NCBI GenBank assembly: GCA_013002065.1 | Contig: JABDKT010000096.1 | Coordinates: 1 to 61,991 of the forward strand | From: Flavobacteriaceae bacterium | GTDB taxonomy: Bacteria > Bacteroidota > Bacteroidia > Flavobacteriales > Flavobacteriaceae | Direction of reading: 5' to 3' | DNA: 61,991 bases | In this document: positions 10,778-21,153 of the stretch, piece by piece | How positions within the stretch are numbered: the stretch's first letter is position 1 | Layout of the letters: each line of letters begins with the position of its first letter | The notes under the pieces: generated by a model | The model's database searches: none | What the model was told of the DNA's origin: nothing | Seen by the model: only the letters and a program-made list of their open reading frames with translations | Made by a program: the position numbers and the translations under genes

Positions 10778-11527
10778 TTAACCGGAATTCATTACTATAT
10801 GCTCTAATAAATCCCCCACGAAATAGGATACCAGAGCGGCGATCGCACCCAGTGCTAAGGTCTCTAGAATCCCCTTCCATAGACTGGTTTCGGTGACGTA
10901 GGTTTTAAGGAATCCAACGATGATAAAGCCTATGGCGGTGAGTATGGAAGCGATTAAGAATAAATTGCCCTCAATAGGATTTATATAGTCCCAAACGTAG
11001 GTCATAAGCGGGATGAGTCCAATAAGGAGAAACGAAATATAAGTAACTAAACCCATATAAAACGGAGACTTTGTCTCTTCCATCATTTGAAGTTCTTCCT
11101 TCATCATTACGTCCACCCATCGATCTTTGTCGGAAGTAATGACATCTACCACTTGTTCCAATAATTCGCCTTCAAAGCCTTTGGCTCGATAGATATCACG
11201 AATTTCTTCCGTTTCGACCTCGGGGAGATTATCGACTTCCCAATATTCTACCTGTTTGTGCTTTTCGTAATTGTCTTTTTCCGATTTGGAGGAAAGATAA
11301 GCCCCCACCGACATGGCGAAGCCGTCGGCCAAGAGGTTTGCGAATCCGAGTACAATTATAATGGCGCTGTCTAGTCCGGCACCCACGGCACCTGCTACCA
11401 CAGCGAAGGTAGTTACACAGCCATCAATTCCTCCATAAACGAATTCTCCTAAATAGGCCTCATATTTCTGAAAAAAGCCTTTGCTGCCATGAAGGGAGTC
11501 TTCATGATGTGAATGATTGTTTTGCAT
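10778..11527 (-). CDS. VIT1/CCC1 family Fe/Mn transporter
   Basis: [36 protein letters not shown], acidic cytoplasmic domain. Confidence 0.9.
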   Translation of the reverse strand: MQNNHSHHEDSLHGSKGFFQKYEAYLGEFVYGGIDGCVTTFAVVAGAVGAGLDSAIIIVLGFANLLADGFAMSVGAYLSSKSEKDNYEKHKQVEYWEVDNLPEVETEEIRDIYRAKGFEGELLEQVVDVITSDKDRWVDVMMKEELQMMEETKSPFYMGLVTYISFLLIGLIPLMTYVWDYINPIEGNLFLIASILTAIGFIIVGFLKTYVTETSLWKGILETLALGAIAALVSYFVGDLLEHIVMNSG

Positions 11528-11529
11528 AT

Positions 11530-12126
11530 TCAGGTTTTATCGGAATCTAAGAATTCGTCGGTAAAGTGTGCTTTGTGTTTTTCTGCTGAAAATTTCTCGG
11601 CATTATACGCTTTGGATTGATTTTTCGGAATGGATAAGCTCTTCCAATCGGCACCTTTCATCATTCTGCCGAGATAGACGATTTGCCCTATGTGATAAGC
11701 ATAATGCGCCAGTTGACGGTTCACTGCTTCGATGATGGTGTGTCCTTGGTTACGGATGTAAATGGTGGTGCTGAAATTTTCCGGAGTGATACTTTGTAAG
11801 GCTGAAAAAACCGTTTGCCAACCCTCTTCCCATTTCCGAAGTAATTCGTCTCGGGAGTGAATGACATCTTCGAACTCTTTATCACGTTCGCGCCACTCTT
11901 TTTCTCCATCGGAAGTGAGAAAATTGGTCCAGCGAGACCTCATATTTCCCCAAAGGTGATTTACAGTTATGGCGACCGAGTTGCTTTCTTCATTGTATTG
12001 CCAGAAAAGGTCTTGCTCATCCAATTGCTCAAAAGTGCGTTCACCAAGAAGCTTATAATATTGAAATTGCTTGGTCACACTATCGATAAAATTGGAAGTC
12101 ATAGGAATTTGCAAAGAGGAAAACAC
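11530..12126 (-). CDS. DUF1572 / DinB-superfamily protein (true start probably MTSNF, near 12102)
   Basis: [37 protein letters not shown]. Confidence 0.82.
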   Translation of the reverse strand: MFSSLQIPMTSNFIDSVTKQFQYYKLLGERTFEQLDEQDLFWQYNEESNSVAITVNHLWGNMRSRWTNFLTSDGEKEWRERDKEFEDVIHSRDELLRKWEEGWQTVFSALQSITPENFSTTIYIRNQGHTIIEAVNRQLAHYAYHIGQIVYLGRMMKGADWKSLSIPKNQSKAYNAEKFSAEKHKAHFTDEFLDSDKT

Positions 12127-12206
12127 TAATTTACGAATAAATTGTCAGGAAAATATAAATACCTAATAATCTAAAAAACAAGTTCTTATGAATTGATTAA
12201 TCATTT

Positions 12207-12257
12207 GTAAACACTTACAAACGACTATAAACGAAAGTAAATAAGTAACAACCGAAT
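12207..12257. repeat. Phased 10-bp imperfect tandem repeat upstream of ssb
   Basis: gtaaacactt/acaaacgact/ataaacgaaa/gtaaataagt/(a)acaaccgaat; overlaps the inverted repeat tttgtaa-acac-ttacaaa. Confidence 0.45.
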
Positions 12258-12366
12258 CTTTTTTGGAAGCTGCTTCATATTTGCACTGTCGAACCGAAAG
12301 ACGGTGAGATAGTCTTAACTGTTAAACCCGTCTGTCCAGCCGGGCAGGCTATTAAAAATTTAAATT

Positions 12367-12702
12367 ATGAACGCACTTAGAAACAAAGTACAGTTGATTG
12401 GTAGATTAGGGCAAGACCCTGAAATTGTAAACTTCGATGATGGTAACAAAATGGCGAAATTCTCCATGGCGACCGACGATAGTTACAAAGACAAAAAAGG
12501 ACAAAAAGTAGAACGCACTCACTGGCACAATGTGGTGGTACGTGGAGGTCTGGTAAACGTAGTTGAAAACTATGTAGCCAAAGGACAGGAAATTGCCGTA
12601 GAAGGTAAATTGACCAATCGTTCCTGGGACGATAAGGAAGGCAATAAGCGTTACATCACCGAGATTGTTTGTAATGAATTACTATTGCTAGGGAGCAAAT
12701 AG
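12367..12702 (+). CDS. ssb: Single-stranded DNA-binding protein (short form, no acidic tail)
   Basis: NKVQLIGRLGQDPE, THWHNVV, KGQEIAVEGKL..RSWDDKEGNKRYITEI. Confidence 0.95.
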   Translation: MNALRNKVQLIGRLGQDPEIVNFDDGNKMAKFSMATDDSYKDKKGQKVERTHWHNVVVRGGLVNVVENYVAKGQEIAVEGKLTNRSWDDKEGNKRYITEIVCNELLLLGSK

Positions 12703-12722
12703 AATATCATTCCACCTAGAAG

Positions 12723-12753
12723 AAAACAGGGGCCTTGGCCCCTGTCTTTTTTT
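12723..12753. terminator. Intrinsic terminator after ssb, probably bidirectional
   Basis: acaggggc-cttg-gcccctgt stem followed by a T-run and preceded by an A-run; sits between convergent genes. Confidence 0.85.
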
Positions 12754-13413
12754 CTAATCTAATGCCTTATGTCGTAAGAAGTACAATTTTAATGAGTCAT
12801 TAATCTTTATAGTAGATTCAACATCAGATTCCGAATTTTTCCAATGACCATAAAGTGTAACCATGAAATTGTTATTGTTTAACAAAACAACTTGCATTGA
12901 TTTATCACTATCAATCTCATAATACGAATTAGGTTCTTTCCATCGCTTACTAATATCATCGCTTACTTTCTGTTTTGAAATTTCATTTCGTTTGGACAAA
13001 CCATAAAATCTCTCAATGTCTGGCGAAATTAAATTCATGATACTGTCTTTTTCTCTCGCATTCCAATACTTCACGTAATTTGAAACCAATGTTTTTACTT
13101 CGTTATATCCGGTTCTTCTATTTACAATTACTTCAGGTACGGGAGAAGTACTTGCCTCCAAAATTTTGGATAAGGTGTCGTTTTCAAATTTTAATTTTTC
13201 GACGGTTCTACTTAGATCTGAATTGGTATTTGCTAAAACTTCGTTTTCACCTTTCAACTCTTCCTTAAGTTCTGTTACTTGTTCGACTTCAGTTACTAAT
13301 TCCTCCTGGTTGTTGACAAACCAATAAATTGAAAAGATGATAATTAGTAACCCGATGATCGTTAAAATGTTAATCCATTTTGACGACTTTTTGTATTTTT
13401 CTATTTCAGACAT
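12754..13413 (-). CDS. Hypothetical protein: N-terminal TM, coiled coil, possible NTF2-like C-terminal domain
   Basis: One TM (ILTIIGLLIIIFSIYWFV), heptad-rich segment, then VKTLVSNYVKYWNAREKDSIMNLIS, which resembles the start of an NTF2/SnoaL fold. Confidence 0.65.
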   Translation of the reverse strand: MSEIEKYKKSSKWINILTIIGLLIIIFSIYWFVNNQEELVTEVEQVTELKEELKGENEVLANTNSDLSRTVEKLKFENDTLSKILEASTSPVPEVIVNRRTGYNEVKTLVSNYVKYWNAREKDSIMNLISPDIERFYGLSKRNEISKQKVSDDISKRWKEPNSYYEIDSDKSMQVVLLNNNNFMVTLYGHWKNSESDVESTIKINDSLKLYFLRHKALD

Positions 13414-13684
13414 CCTTAGCTAAATCAGTTTTAAACAATATTTTGATAACGTCGTTCCACATCTTCATCATTCGCATCATCGCGACGCCTACGACCCCTC
13501 CCGAGGCAAAAGCGCCCCAAACGAAATGACCGTTTTCACTGGAATCATCAATAACAACTTTGATAGCAAGGATAATAATGGCAATGCAAGCCAAGGAGCT
13601 AATGGCGAGATATGCATATCGCTCCGGTTTAAACAAATGTACAAGCCGCTCTACTTTATTGATATCGGCATCTTTATCTTTCAT
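13406..13684 (-). CDS. Hypothetical 2-TM membrane protein
   Basis: 92 aa with two hydrophobic helices; overlaps the downstream gene by 8 nt. Confidence 0.65.
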   Translation of the reverse strand: MKDKDADINKVERLVHLFKPERYAYLAISSLACIAIIILAIKVVIDDSSENGHFVWGAFASGGVVGVAMMRMMKMWNDVIKILFKTDLAKDV

Positions 13685-13886
13685 AAGGGTTAGTTTAGTT
13701 ACCTAAAGCTAAGGTTTTTAAGATTGAAATCATTCCTTTTCCGAATATTTCTCGCAAAATTTATTACATCAATCAATAATTTTCCATGGAGAATAATTAT
13801 TAAAAAAACTTTAAGAATCGAAATGAGTTAATTGAATTATCTTAGGAAGATAGATTTTAAAAGTAAATAATCTCTAATTAGCCAAC

Positions 13887-15500
13887 ATGAAAAAACCAAC
13901 CGCGATTGCCCAATTCGATGAACTCGAAGACAAAGTTCCCACCCATGCGCTTATTAAAAATCTTGATCTCGTTATCATAAAATACGACGATTCTGTTTCC
14001 GTGCTTTACGGAAGATGTTTGCATCGAGGAGCGTTGATGGCCGATGGGCACATAGAAGGACATAATCTAATTTGCGGTCTTCATGGTTGGGACTACAGGT
14101 ACGATACAGGCGTTTCAGAATACAATAATGAAGAAGTGCTTCATAAGTTTTCGACTAAAATTGAAAAAAATACATTGTTTGTTGATGAAGCGGAGATAGA
14201 TGATTTTTTGGAGGAGAATCCGCAGCCATTTGATCGAGATCAATATCTGGGAGCTTACGCCGATACCCACCCGGAAGACACCGAACCTTATACAGATTAT
14301 ATTAAAGAATTGGCCAAAAATGGTCTAGACAATATTGGTCACCACGGGTTTTCAGCCGCTATGGGCGTAGACCGAAACACCTTGCCTCAATGGAATGACA
14401 TTCAGTTTTTGCCGGCACAATTAGCTTTTAGACCCTTATTGGATGATGAGCAAGTTAAAACCAAAGTCGCGATAGGTCCAAAAGCTAAGAAACCTCTCGA
14501 ATTGGATATTCCGTTGTTTGTAAGTGATATGAGTTTTGGCGCTTTATCCAAAGAGGCAAAAATTGCGCTTTCCAAAGGAGCCGAATTGGCCGGCACGGGG
14601 ATATGTTCAGGAGAGGGAGGTATGTTGCCGGAAGAGCAAAAAAACAATTCCAAATACTTTTACGAATTGGCCTCGGCGAAATTTGGGTTTTCTTGGGACA
14701 AATTGGATAATGTTCAGGCCTTTCACTTTAAGGGCGGACAAGGAGCCAAGACTGGGACTGGAGGACATCTTCCCGGAAACAAAGTCACCGAAGAAATAGC
14801 GAAAGTTCGTGATTTGGAGGTTGGTGAAACTGCGATTTCGCCTGCAACTTTTCCCGATTTTCACGGAGTAGAAGATTTTAAAGCATTTGCTGAAAAAGTG
14901 CGAGATCGAACAGGAGGAATTCCCATCGGATTTAAAATCGCAGCTAGTCATATTGAAAAGGACATTCAGTTTGCCTTAGACGTTGGTGTCGATTATATCA
15001 TCCTCGACGGAAGGGGTGGTGGAACAGGTTCGGCACCCAAAATTTTAAGAGATCACATAAATGTTCCCACGATTCCGGCATTAGCCAGAGCCCGAAAATA
15101 TCTAGATAAAGTTGGAGCGAAGGATGTTACTTTAGTTATTACAGGTGGATTAAGGGTTGCTGAAGACTTTGCGAAAGCACTAATGCTGGGTGCCGATGCC
15201 ATTGCTGTTTCGAATTCGGCATTACAAGCCATTGGATGTCTTGGAATGCGAGCCTGTGGCAGTAATAATTGCCCCGTGGGTATTGCGACTCAAAAAGAAT
15301 CGCTTCGCAGCCGATTGATAATCGATTCGTCTGCCAAACAATTACACAATTTCTTCGATGCGACCAACCATCTCATTCAAGTAGTAGCCCGAGCTTGCGG
15401 GTACGACGACATTTCAAAATTTAATCATCAGGATTTGTCAACTTTTAGTTATGATATGCATCGATTAACCGGAATTAATTACGCAGGAACCCATGAATAA
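13887..15500 (+). CDS. Rieske [2Fe-2S] domain fused to FMN-binding glutamate-synthase-family domain
   Basis: CLHRG...CGLHG Rieske motif; MSFGALS, SGEGG, GQGAKTGTGGHLPG, DGRGGGTG, CLGMRACGSNNCPVGIATQ cluster motif. Confidence 0.9.
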   Translation: MKKPTAIAQFDELEDKVPTHALIKNLDLVIIKYDDSVSVLYGRCLHRGALMADGHIEGHNLICGLHGWDYRYDTGVSEYNNEEVLHKFSTKIEKNTLFVDEAEIDDFLEENPQPFDRDQYLGAYADTHPEDTEPYTDYIKELAKNGLDNIGHHGFSAAMGVDRNTLPQWNDIQFLPAQLAFRPLLDDEQVKTKVAIGPKAKKPLELDIPLFVSDMSFGALSKEAKIALSKGAELAGTGICSGEGGMLPEEQKNNSKYFYELASAKFGFSWDKLDNVQAFHFKGGQGAKTGTGGHLPGNKVTEEIAKVRDLEVGETAISPATFPDFHGVEDFKAFAEKVRDRTGGIPIGFKIAASHIEKDIQFALDVGVDYIILDGRGGGTGSAPKILRDHINVPTIPALARARKYLDKVGAKDVTLVITGGLRVAEDFAKALMLGADAIAVSNSALQAIGCLGMRACGSNNCPVGIATQKESLRSRLIIDSSAKQLHNFFDATNHLIQVVARACGYDDISKFNHQDLSTFSYDMHRLTGINYAGTHE

Positions 15501-16248
15501 AATGGTAAAAATGATGCATTTGGCATCACAGTATTTGGCTACGGCAGGAAAGTGCTTTTTAGAAAAGAAAGACGACGACAGTCACACTAATTTGGGATTC
15601 GATATCGATTCGATGCGATTATCAACCCATCCCTTTAACGAAAATGGGGAAATTCTTTGTCTAAACTATCATCGCTTTAGCTTAGAATGGATGGATGATT
15701 CAGGAGTAGAGGAATTTTTACTGAATGAAATGCCTCATGCAGCAACAATAGATTGGTTGAAGCACATTTCCGAAGTAAAACTGAATAAACCCTATACATA
15801 CGATCTTCATTATGACTTGCCGTATGAAATCGATGCCAACTTTACCTTCAAATTAACCTCTTCCGATGAATTGAAGAAATTAATAGATCTTCGCATCTTA
15901 GCCGAGAAGGTTTTAAAAGCTGTTGTAAATGAAGAAAAGATAGATTCGACAATTCGAATTTGGCCCCATCATTTCGATACGGGAGCTTATGGGCCACTTC
16001 CTGAAAATTCAAAGATATCTGTGGGTATGGGATTAGCTATTCCCGATTCGGTTTGCGACGATCACTACTTCTATGTCTCAGGCTATAAAGAGGGAGACTC
16101 CATTGATGTTTCCAAATTCAATAAATTGGAAATTGGAGATTGGAAATCCGACGGATTTAACGGAGGAGTACTTTCGGCAAAAAACACCCATTTGGAACAG
16201 GCGATTCAATTTTTTGAAACAGCCATTGCTCAATTTCGAAATTCTTAA
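15493..16248 (+). CDS. Conserved hypothetical protein coupled to the Rieske-GltS gene
   Basis: 8-nt overlap with the upstream gene; motif-like DDSHTNLG, IRIWPHHFDTG, YFYVSG. Confidence 0.75.
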   Translation: MNKMVKMMHLASQYLATAGKCFLEKKDDDSHTNLGFDIDSMRLSTHPFNENGEILCLNYHRFSLEWMDDSGVEEFLLNEMPHAATIDWLKHISEVKLNKPYTYDLHYDLPYEIDANFTFKLTSSDELKKLIDLRILAEKVLKAVVNEEKIDSTIRIWPHHFDTGAYGPLPENSKISVGMGLAIPDSVCDDHYFYVSGYKEGDSIDVSKFNKLEIGDWKSDGFNGGVLSAKNTHLEQAIQFFETAIAQFRNS

Positions 16249-17525
16249 TCCAATTTAAATCGGTCGATCATTTGTCGTTCCAGATTTTCTCGATGATTTG
16301 GATGGGCGATAGAAATGAGTGCTTTTGCCCGTTGTTTTAAACTTTTTCCGAATAAATTTACAACTCCATATTCAGTAGCGACATAATGTACATGCGCCCT
16401 TGTGGTGGTTACTCCGGCGCCTGGTTGTAAAAACGGGACGATTTTTGACACCCCTTTTTTTGTAGTGGATGGCATCGCAATAATGGGTTTTCCTCCTTCT
16501 GAAAGTGATGCGGCTCGAATAAAGTCCATTTGCCCACCTACTCCGGAATATTGATATGTACCAATGGTATCGGCACAAATTTGTCCTGTAAAGTCGATCT
16601 CAATGGCACTATTGATAGCCGTGACCTTCGGATTCGCACGAATAATGGCCGTATCGTTCGTGTAGGCAGCTTCTTTAAAATGTATGGAAGGATTGTCGTC
16701 TATAAAATCGTATAGCCTTTGGGATCCGGCGGCAAAAGTGGTCACAATTTTATTGGTTTTAATTTCTTTCTCTTCGCCCGTTATGACTCCTTTTTCTATC
16801 AATGGTAATAGACCATCCGAAAACATTTCGGTGTGAACACCAAGTCGTTTGTGATTTGTTAAGTTATGCAGCACGGCATTGGGAATGGTTCCAATTCCCA
16901 TTTGAAGTGTAGCACCGTCTTCAATAAGTTCAGCGACATTTTTACCTATCGCATTTTCAGTCTCTGTGGGAATACCAAACCCCACCTCGTGGATGGGATG
17001 GTCGATGTCTACAGCAAAATCGATTTGATTGATATGTATAATTCCATCACCATGTGTTCTGGGTACCTTCGGATTCACCAATGCGATGACCTTTTTTGCA
17101 TTTTGAATCGCGGGAATGGTAATATCTACCGAAACTCCTAACGAACAATAACCGTGTCTATCGGGAGGAGAAACTTGAATAAATGCAGCATCCAAAGGCA
17201 AAATATTTTTCCTAAACAACCAATGGATTTCACTTAAAAAGATAGGAATGTAATCCCCTTTATTCGTATTTACTCCTTTCCGAACGTTGGAGCCCACAAA
17301 GCAACTAAATAAATTAAACGCATTGGAACAGGGAGGTTCCATATATGGCGCGTTCCCATCGGTGTGAATTTGTACAATCTCAACATCACTAAGTTCGTGG
17401 TGTCGTTCACACAGGGCATTGATTAATAGATTGGGTGTCATGGCAGCTCCCTGAAAAAAGACTCTGTCTCCCGATTTAATATGAGAAACTGCTTCGGAAA
17501 CGGTGACTACATTTAAATTGTGCAT
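16245..17525 (-). CDS. Acetyl-CoA hydrolase/transferase (4-hydroxybutyrate CoA-transferase-like)
   Basis: VSPPDRHGYCSLG, TLQMGIGTIP, GVHTEMFSDG, SGVGGQMDF, ATEYGVVNL. Confidence 0.92.
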   Translation of the reverse strand: MHNLNVVTVSEAVSHIKSGDRVFFQGAAMTPNLLINALCERHHELSDVEIVQIHTDGNAPYMEPPCSNAFNLFSCFVGSNVRKGVNTNKGDYIPIFLSEIHWLFRKNILPLDAAFIQVSPPDRHGYCSLGVSVDITIPAIQNAKKVIALVNPKVPRTHGDGIIHINQIDFAVDIDHPIHEVGFGIPTETENAIGKNVAELIEDGATLQMGIGTIPNAVLHNLTNHKRLGVHTEMFSDGLLPLIEKGVITGEEKEIKTNKIVTTFAAGSQRLYDFIDDNPSIHFKEAAYTNDTAIIRANPKVTAINSAIEIDFTGQICADTIGTYQYSGVGGQMDFIRAASLSEGGKPIIAMPSTTKKGVSKIVPFLQPGAGVTTTRAHVHYVATEYGVVNLFGKSLKQRAKALISIAHPNHRENLERQMIDRFKLD

Positions 17526-17600
17526 GGCTGATCGATTTACCGAGCAAAGATGTCAATCTGAATGCAGGCAATGAATGATATTTGTCAGTTGTGCAAAATG

Positions 17601-17625
17601 AAAAGGAGCCGAAGCTCCCTTTTTT
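17601..17625 (-). terminator. Intrinsic terminator downstream of 17624-17947
   Basis: On the minus strand: ggagc-ttcg-gctcc followed by tttt. Confidence 0.75.
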
Positions 17626-17947
17626 ATTTTTGATCGATCACTGTTCCTTTGGTTTTCGGCTTACCCATTTTCACATTGTCGTAAGGATTGGATGACTTCT
17701 TCTTCTTAATCGTCACATTGTCGTACGGATTATTCGATTTTTTTGGCAGCATCTGAACATTGGTTGAGTTGCTTGTATTGGTATTACTCCCGGTATCGAT
17801 TATAGCATCGATTCCACCATTTGTATTTACAACCGTTGTTGCCTTAGGAGGTGTACTAGTATCGGAACCTACAGTTATGGACGAATTTTGTGCGAAACTT
17901 ATCGCTCCAAATAATAAAGCCGGGATTAGAATTAATTTTTTCATCAT
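17624..17947 (-). CDS. Small secreted low-complexity protein with a duplicated NPYDNV motif
   Basis: Sec signal MKKLILIPALLFGAISFA-Q; S/T/N-rich; followed by its own terminator. Confidence 0.7.
   Translation of the reverse strand: MMKKLILIPALLFGAISFAQNSSITVGSDTSTPPKATTVVNTNGGIDAIIDTGSNTNTSNSTNVQMLPKKSNNPYDNVTIKKKKSSNPYDNVKMGKPKTKGTVIDQK
17671..17731. repeat. 19-bp direct repeat with 42-nt period inside the small secreted gene
   Basis: tcacattgtcgtaaggatt (17671-17689) and tcacattgtcgtacggatt (17713-17731). Confidence 0.8.
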
Positions 17948-18028
17948 GTTGTAATTTTAAAGTTATACCACAATGATAAGCCGAGGCAAGCTATATTGAA
18001 ATACCCATTGCCGGGGATATTTAGATAA

Positions 18029-18931
18029 TTATTCAAAAATATCCTGAGCCAAACGAAAGGTATTCGCGTGGGCTTCAATAATGATTTTAATGTCGGGAGA
18101 ATACCCGCCTCCCATACTCACTTGCACAGGTATGTTTAGTTCTTTACAAGTTTGTAGTACGAATCGATCGCGTTCTTTACAGCCTTCCGGAGTACAGGCG
18201 AGTCGGCCGAGCTTGTCCGTCGCGACAATATCGACTCCACTAAGGTAAAAGATGAAGTCGGGTTTTACTTCTGAAATGAGTTTTGGCAAAGTTTCTTTCA
18301 AAATATTGAGATATTCATCGTCCCCGGTTCCGTCCTTCAAAGCAATGTCGAGATTGCTTTTTTCTTTTCGGAAAGGATAATTCCCGGCACCGTGCATTGA
18401 AAAAGTGAAGACAGAAGGGTCGTCTTGGAAAATTTCAGCAGTGCCATTGCCTTGATGCACATCTAAATCCACCATTAGAATTTGACAGGCTAATTTTTTC
18501 TTCTGAAGCGTTCTTGCACCTACCGCTTGGTCGTTAAACAAACAAAAAGCTTCACCACGATCTGAATAGGCGTGATGCGTGCCTCCCGCAATGTTCATTG
18601 CAATTCCGTTTTTGAGGGCAAATTCACAACCTTTGATAGTTCCCTGTGTGATAATATGTTCCCTTTCTATTAATTTTTCTGAAAGAGGAAAACCGATTTT
18701 TCGTGCAGCCGATTTGTCCAAATCGAGTTTTCTAAGTTTCTCAATATATTCTGACGTGTGAACCAATTTTAAATCTTCATCATTGGGAAACCCTGGATCA
18801 AAAAAGTTTTCAGAAGAGCATGTTCCTTCTAATATCAATTGCTCATAAAGCAATTCGTACTTGGACATAGGGAATCGGTGCCCTAGAGGTAAATTGTGTT
18901 TAAATATGGGATGGTAAGCAATTTTCAGCAT
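18029..18931 (-). CDS. Histone-deacetylase-family Zn hydrolase
   Basis: GHRFPMSKY, AGGTHHA, DLDVHQGNGT, MGGGYS. Confidence 0.92.
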   Translation of the reverse strand: MLKIAYHPIFKHNLPLGHRFPMSKYELLYEQLILEGTCSSENFFDPGFPNDEDLKLVHTSEYIEKLRKLDLDKSAARKIGFPLSEKLIEREHIITQGTIKGCEFALKNGIAMNIAGGTHHAYSDRGEAFCLFNDQAVGARTLQKKKLACQILMVDLDVHQGNGTAEIFQDDPSVFTFSMHGAGNYPFRKEKSNLDIALKDGTGDDEYLNILKETLPKLISEVKPDFIFYLSGVDIVATDKLGRLACTPEGCKERDRFVLQTCKELNIPVQVSMGGGYSPDIKIIIEAHANTFRLAQDIFE

Positions 18932-19006
18932 TAAAAATCAAACTTCACCATAAAGAATTCATCATTTTCCTTGACATAGTAAACAAGGTAGTAATCTCCC
19001 TGTCAA

Positions 19007-21082
19007 TTAATTTATTGTGCTCCCGTTAACGATTCCTTCTTCATCCGGATTGACAAAGACGAGTTTGCCTTCGGCATTTTCGGTCATGAGAATCATTCCT
19101 TGACTTTCGACTCCGCGAAGCGCTCTAGGAGCTAAATTCACCAAAACGGTTACTTTTTTTCCCACGATTTCTTCTGGAGAAAAACTTTCGGCGATACCTG
19201 AGACGATTGTCCTTTCATCCAGGCCGGTGTCTACTTTGAGTACCATCAATTTTTTAGTTTTAGGCATTTTTTCGGCTTCAAGAATGGTACCCACTCTCAT
19301 ATCAAGCTTGGTGAAATCGTCAAATTGTATCATATCTTTTTGTGGTTCTACGGAAGCATTATTTGCTTCATTCTCCTTCTTACTGGCTTCTAGTTTGTCT
19401 CGCTGCTGCTGCATTTGAGCATCTTCAATTCTTGAAAAGAGTAATTCGCTTTTTTCAATGCGATGTTCTTCTTTCAACAGTGTCGAAGTTTCGGAAGCCT
19501 TACCCCAACTGAGTTCTTGACCAGAAGAGGCTTCCTTAAAGTTTAAAATTCTTTTTAGTTTTTCAGAAGTATGAGGGAGGAAAGGCTCGCTCAAAACAGC
19601 TAAGGCAGCGGCAATTTGCAAAGCCACATACATAACCGTTTTTGTTCGTTCTTCGTCCGTTTTGATGGTTTTCCAAGGTTCCTCGTCGGCCAAATATTTG
19701 TTACCTAATCGCGCTACATTCATCAATTCCATTTGCGCTTCGCGGAAACGATACCTTTCGATAGAACTGGCGATGACATTTGGGTAGGTCTTTAATTCAT
19801 CAAGCGTTTTCTCGTCAACTTCGGAAAAGGTCGAAGGAGAGGGAATGACACCTTCATAATATTTATGGGTAAGCACAGCAACTCGGTTTATAAAATTTCC
19901 GAAGATAGCTACCAACTCACTATTATTTCGGGCTTGGAAATCGGCCCAGGTAAAATCGTTGTCTTTGGTCTCAGGCGCATTCGCCGTAAGCGTATATCTT
20001 AACACATCCTGTTGATCCGGAAAGTCTACCAAGTATTCGTGCAGCCAAACTGCCCAGTTTTTGCTTGTAGAAATTTTATTTCCTTCCAAATTGAGAAACT
20101 CATTGGCCGGAACATTATCGGGAAGTATGTAACTCCCTTCCGCCTTCAACATGGATGGAAATATGATACAATGAAAAACGATATTGTCCTTTCCTATGAA
20201 ATGAAGCAACTTAGAGTGTTTGTCTTTCCAGTAGGGTTCCCATTCTTTATTATTCTCGTTGGCCCATTCTTTTGTAGCAGATATATAACCAATGGGCGCA
20301 TCGAACCAAACGTAAAGCACTTTTCCTTCGCCACCTTCTACGGGCACAGGAATTCCCCAATCTAGGTCGCGAGTTACTGCTCTAGGTCGAAGTCCGTCGT
20401 CAATCCAAGACTTACATTGTCCATAGACATTGGTTTTCCAATCTTTTTTATGTCCTTTTATGATCCATTCTTTTAACCATGGCTCGTATTGATCCAGTGG
20501 TAAAAACCAGTGTTTGGTCTTTTTAGTTATGGGTGTAGAACCACTAATGGCACTTTTCGGATTTATAAGATCTGTAGCGTTGTGTGAGGTCCCGCAGTTT
20601 TCACATTGATCGCCGTAACTTTCTTCATAACCACATTTCGGACAGGTCCCAACGACGAACCTATCGGCTAGAAATTGCTGCGCCTCTTCGTCGAATAATT
20701 GCTCTGTAATCTCTTCCACAAATTTACCGTCATCATAAAGTTTCTGAAAAAATTCGGAAGCTGTTTCGTGATGAATTTTGGCAGAAGTACGAGAATAATT
20801 ATCGAAAGTAATACCAAACTTTTCAAATGATTCCTTGATCATCGTATGGTATTTATCCACAATGTTTTGTGGTGAAACACCTTCTTTCTTTGCCTTCAAG
20901 GTAATGGGAACGCCGTGTTCATCACTTCCGCAGACGAAAAGGACGTCTTTACCTTGCAATCTTTGGAATCTGGCATATATGTCGGCTGGAACATAAACAC
21001 CTGCCAAATGTCCAATATGAACTGGCCCGTTGGTATAAGGTAAGGCTGCAGTAATTGTATATCTTTTGGGATCTTCGATCAT
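19007..21082 (-). CDS. metG: Methionine--tRNA ligase
   Basis: [13 protein letters not shown], Zn knuckle CPKC..CENC, KISTS, C-terminal tRNA-binding OB domain. Confidence 0.97.
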   Translation of the reverse strand: MIEDPKRYTITAALPYTNGPVHIGHLAGVYVPADIYARFQRLQGKDVLFVCGSDEHGVPITLKAKKEGVSPQNIVDKYHTMIKESFEKFGITFDNYSRTSAKIHHETASEFFQKLYDDGKFVEEITEQLFDEEAQQFLADRFVVGTCPKCGYEESYGDQCENCGTSHNATDLINPKSAISGSTPITKKTKHWFLPLDQYEPWLKEWIIKGHKKDWKTNVYGQCKSWIDDGLRPRAVTRDLDWGIPVPVEGGEGKVLYVWFDAPIGYISATKEWANENNKEWEPYWKDKHSKLLHFIGKDNIVFHCIIFPSMLKAEGSYILPDNVPANEFLNLEGNKISTSKNWAVWLHEYLVDFPDQQDVLRYTLTANAPETKDNDFTWADFQARNNSELVAIFGNFINRVAVLTHKYYEGVIPSPSTFSEVDEKTLDELKTYPNVIASSIERYRFREAQMELMNVARLGNKYLADEEPWKTIKTDEERTKTVMYVALQIAAALAVLSEPFLPHTSEKLKRILNFKEASSGQELSWGKASETSTLLKEEHRIEKSELLFSRIEDAQMQQQRDKLEASKKENEANNASVEPQKDMIQFDDFTKLDMRVGTILEAEKMPKTKKLMVLKVDTGLDERTIVSGIAESFSPEEIVGKKVTVLVNLAPRALRGVESQGMILMTENAEGKLVFVNPDEEGIVNGSTIN

Positions 21083-21120
21083 AGTTATTTCTGAAATCTG
21101 CTATACTTGATAAACAGCAG

Positions 21121-21128
21121 CAAAAATA
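21121..21128 (-). promoter_or_regulatory. Bacteroidota sigma-70 -7 box for metG
   Basis: TATTTTTG on the minus strand matches TAnnTTTG, about 40 nt upstream of the start codon. Confidence 0.55.
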
Positions 21129-21153
21129 ACGATTTTATCTTCGGGAAGGGTAT

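Noticed and set aside
13774-13803. AT-rich imperfect palindrome around ttccatgga upstream of the Rieske-GltS gene
   Set aside because: Arms are imperfect in very AT-rich DNA and cannot be distinguished from chance.
18029-18931. Histone deacetylase as a eukaryote-like novelty
   Set aside because: This family is widespread in bacteria, and nothing in its context is unusual.
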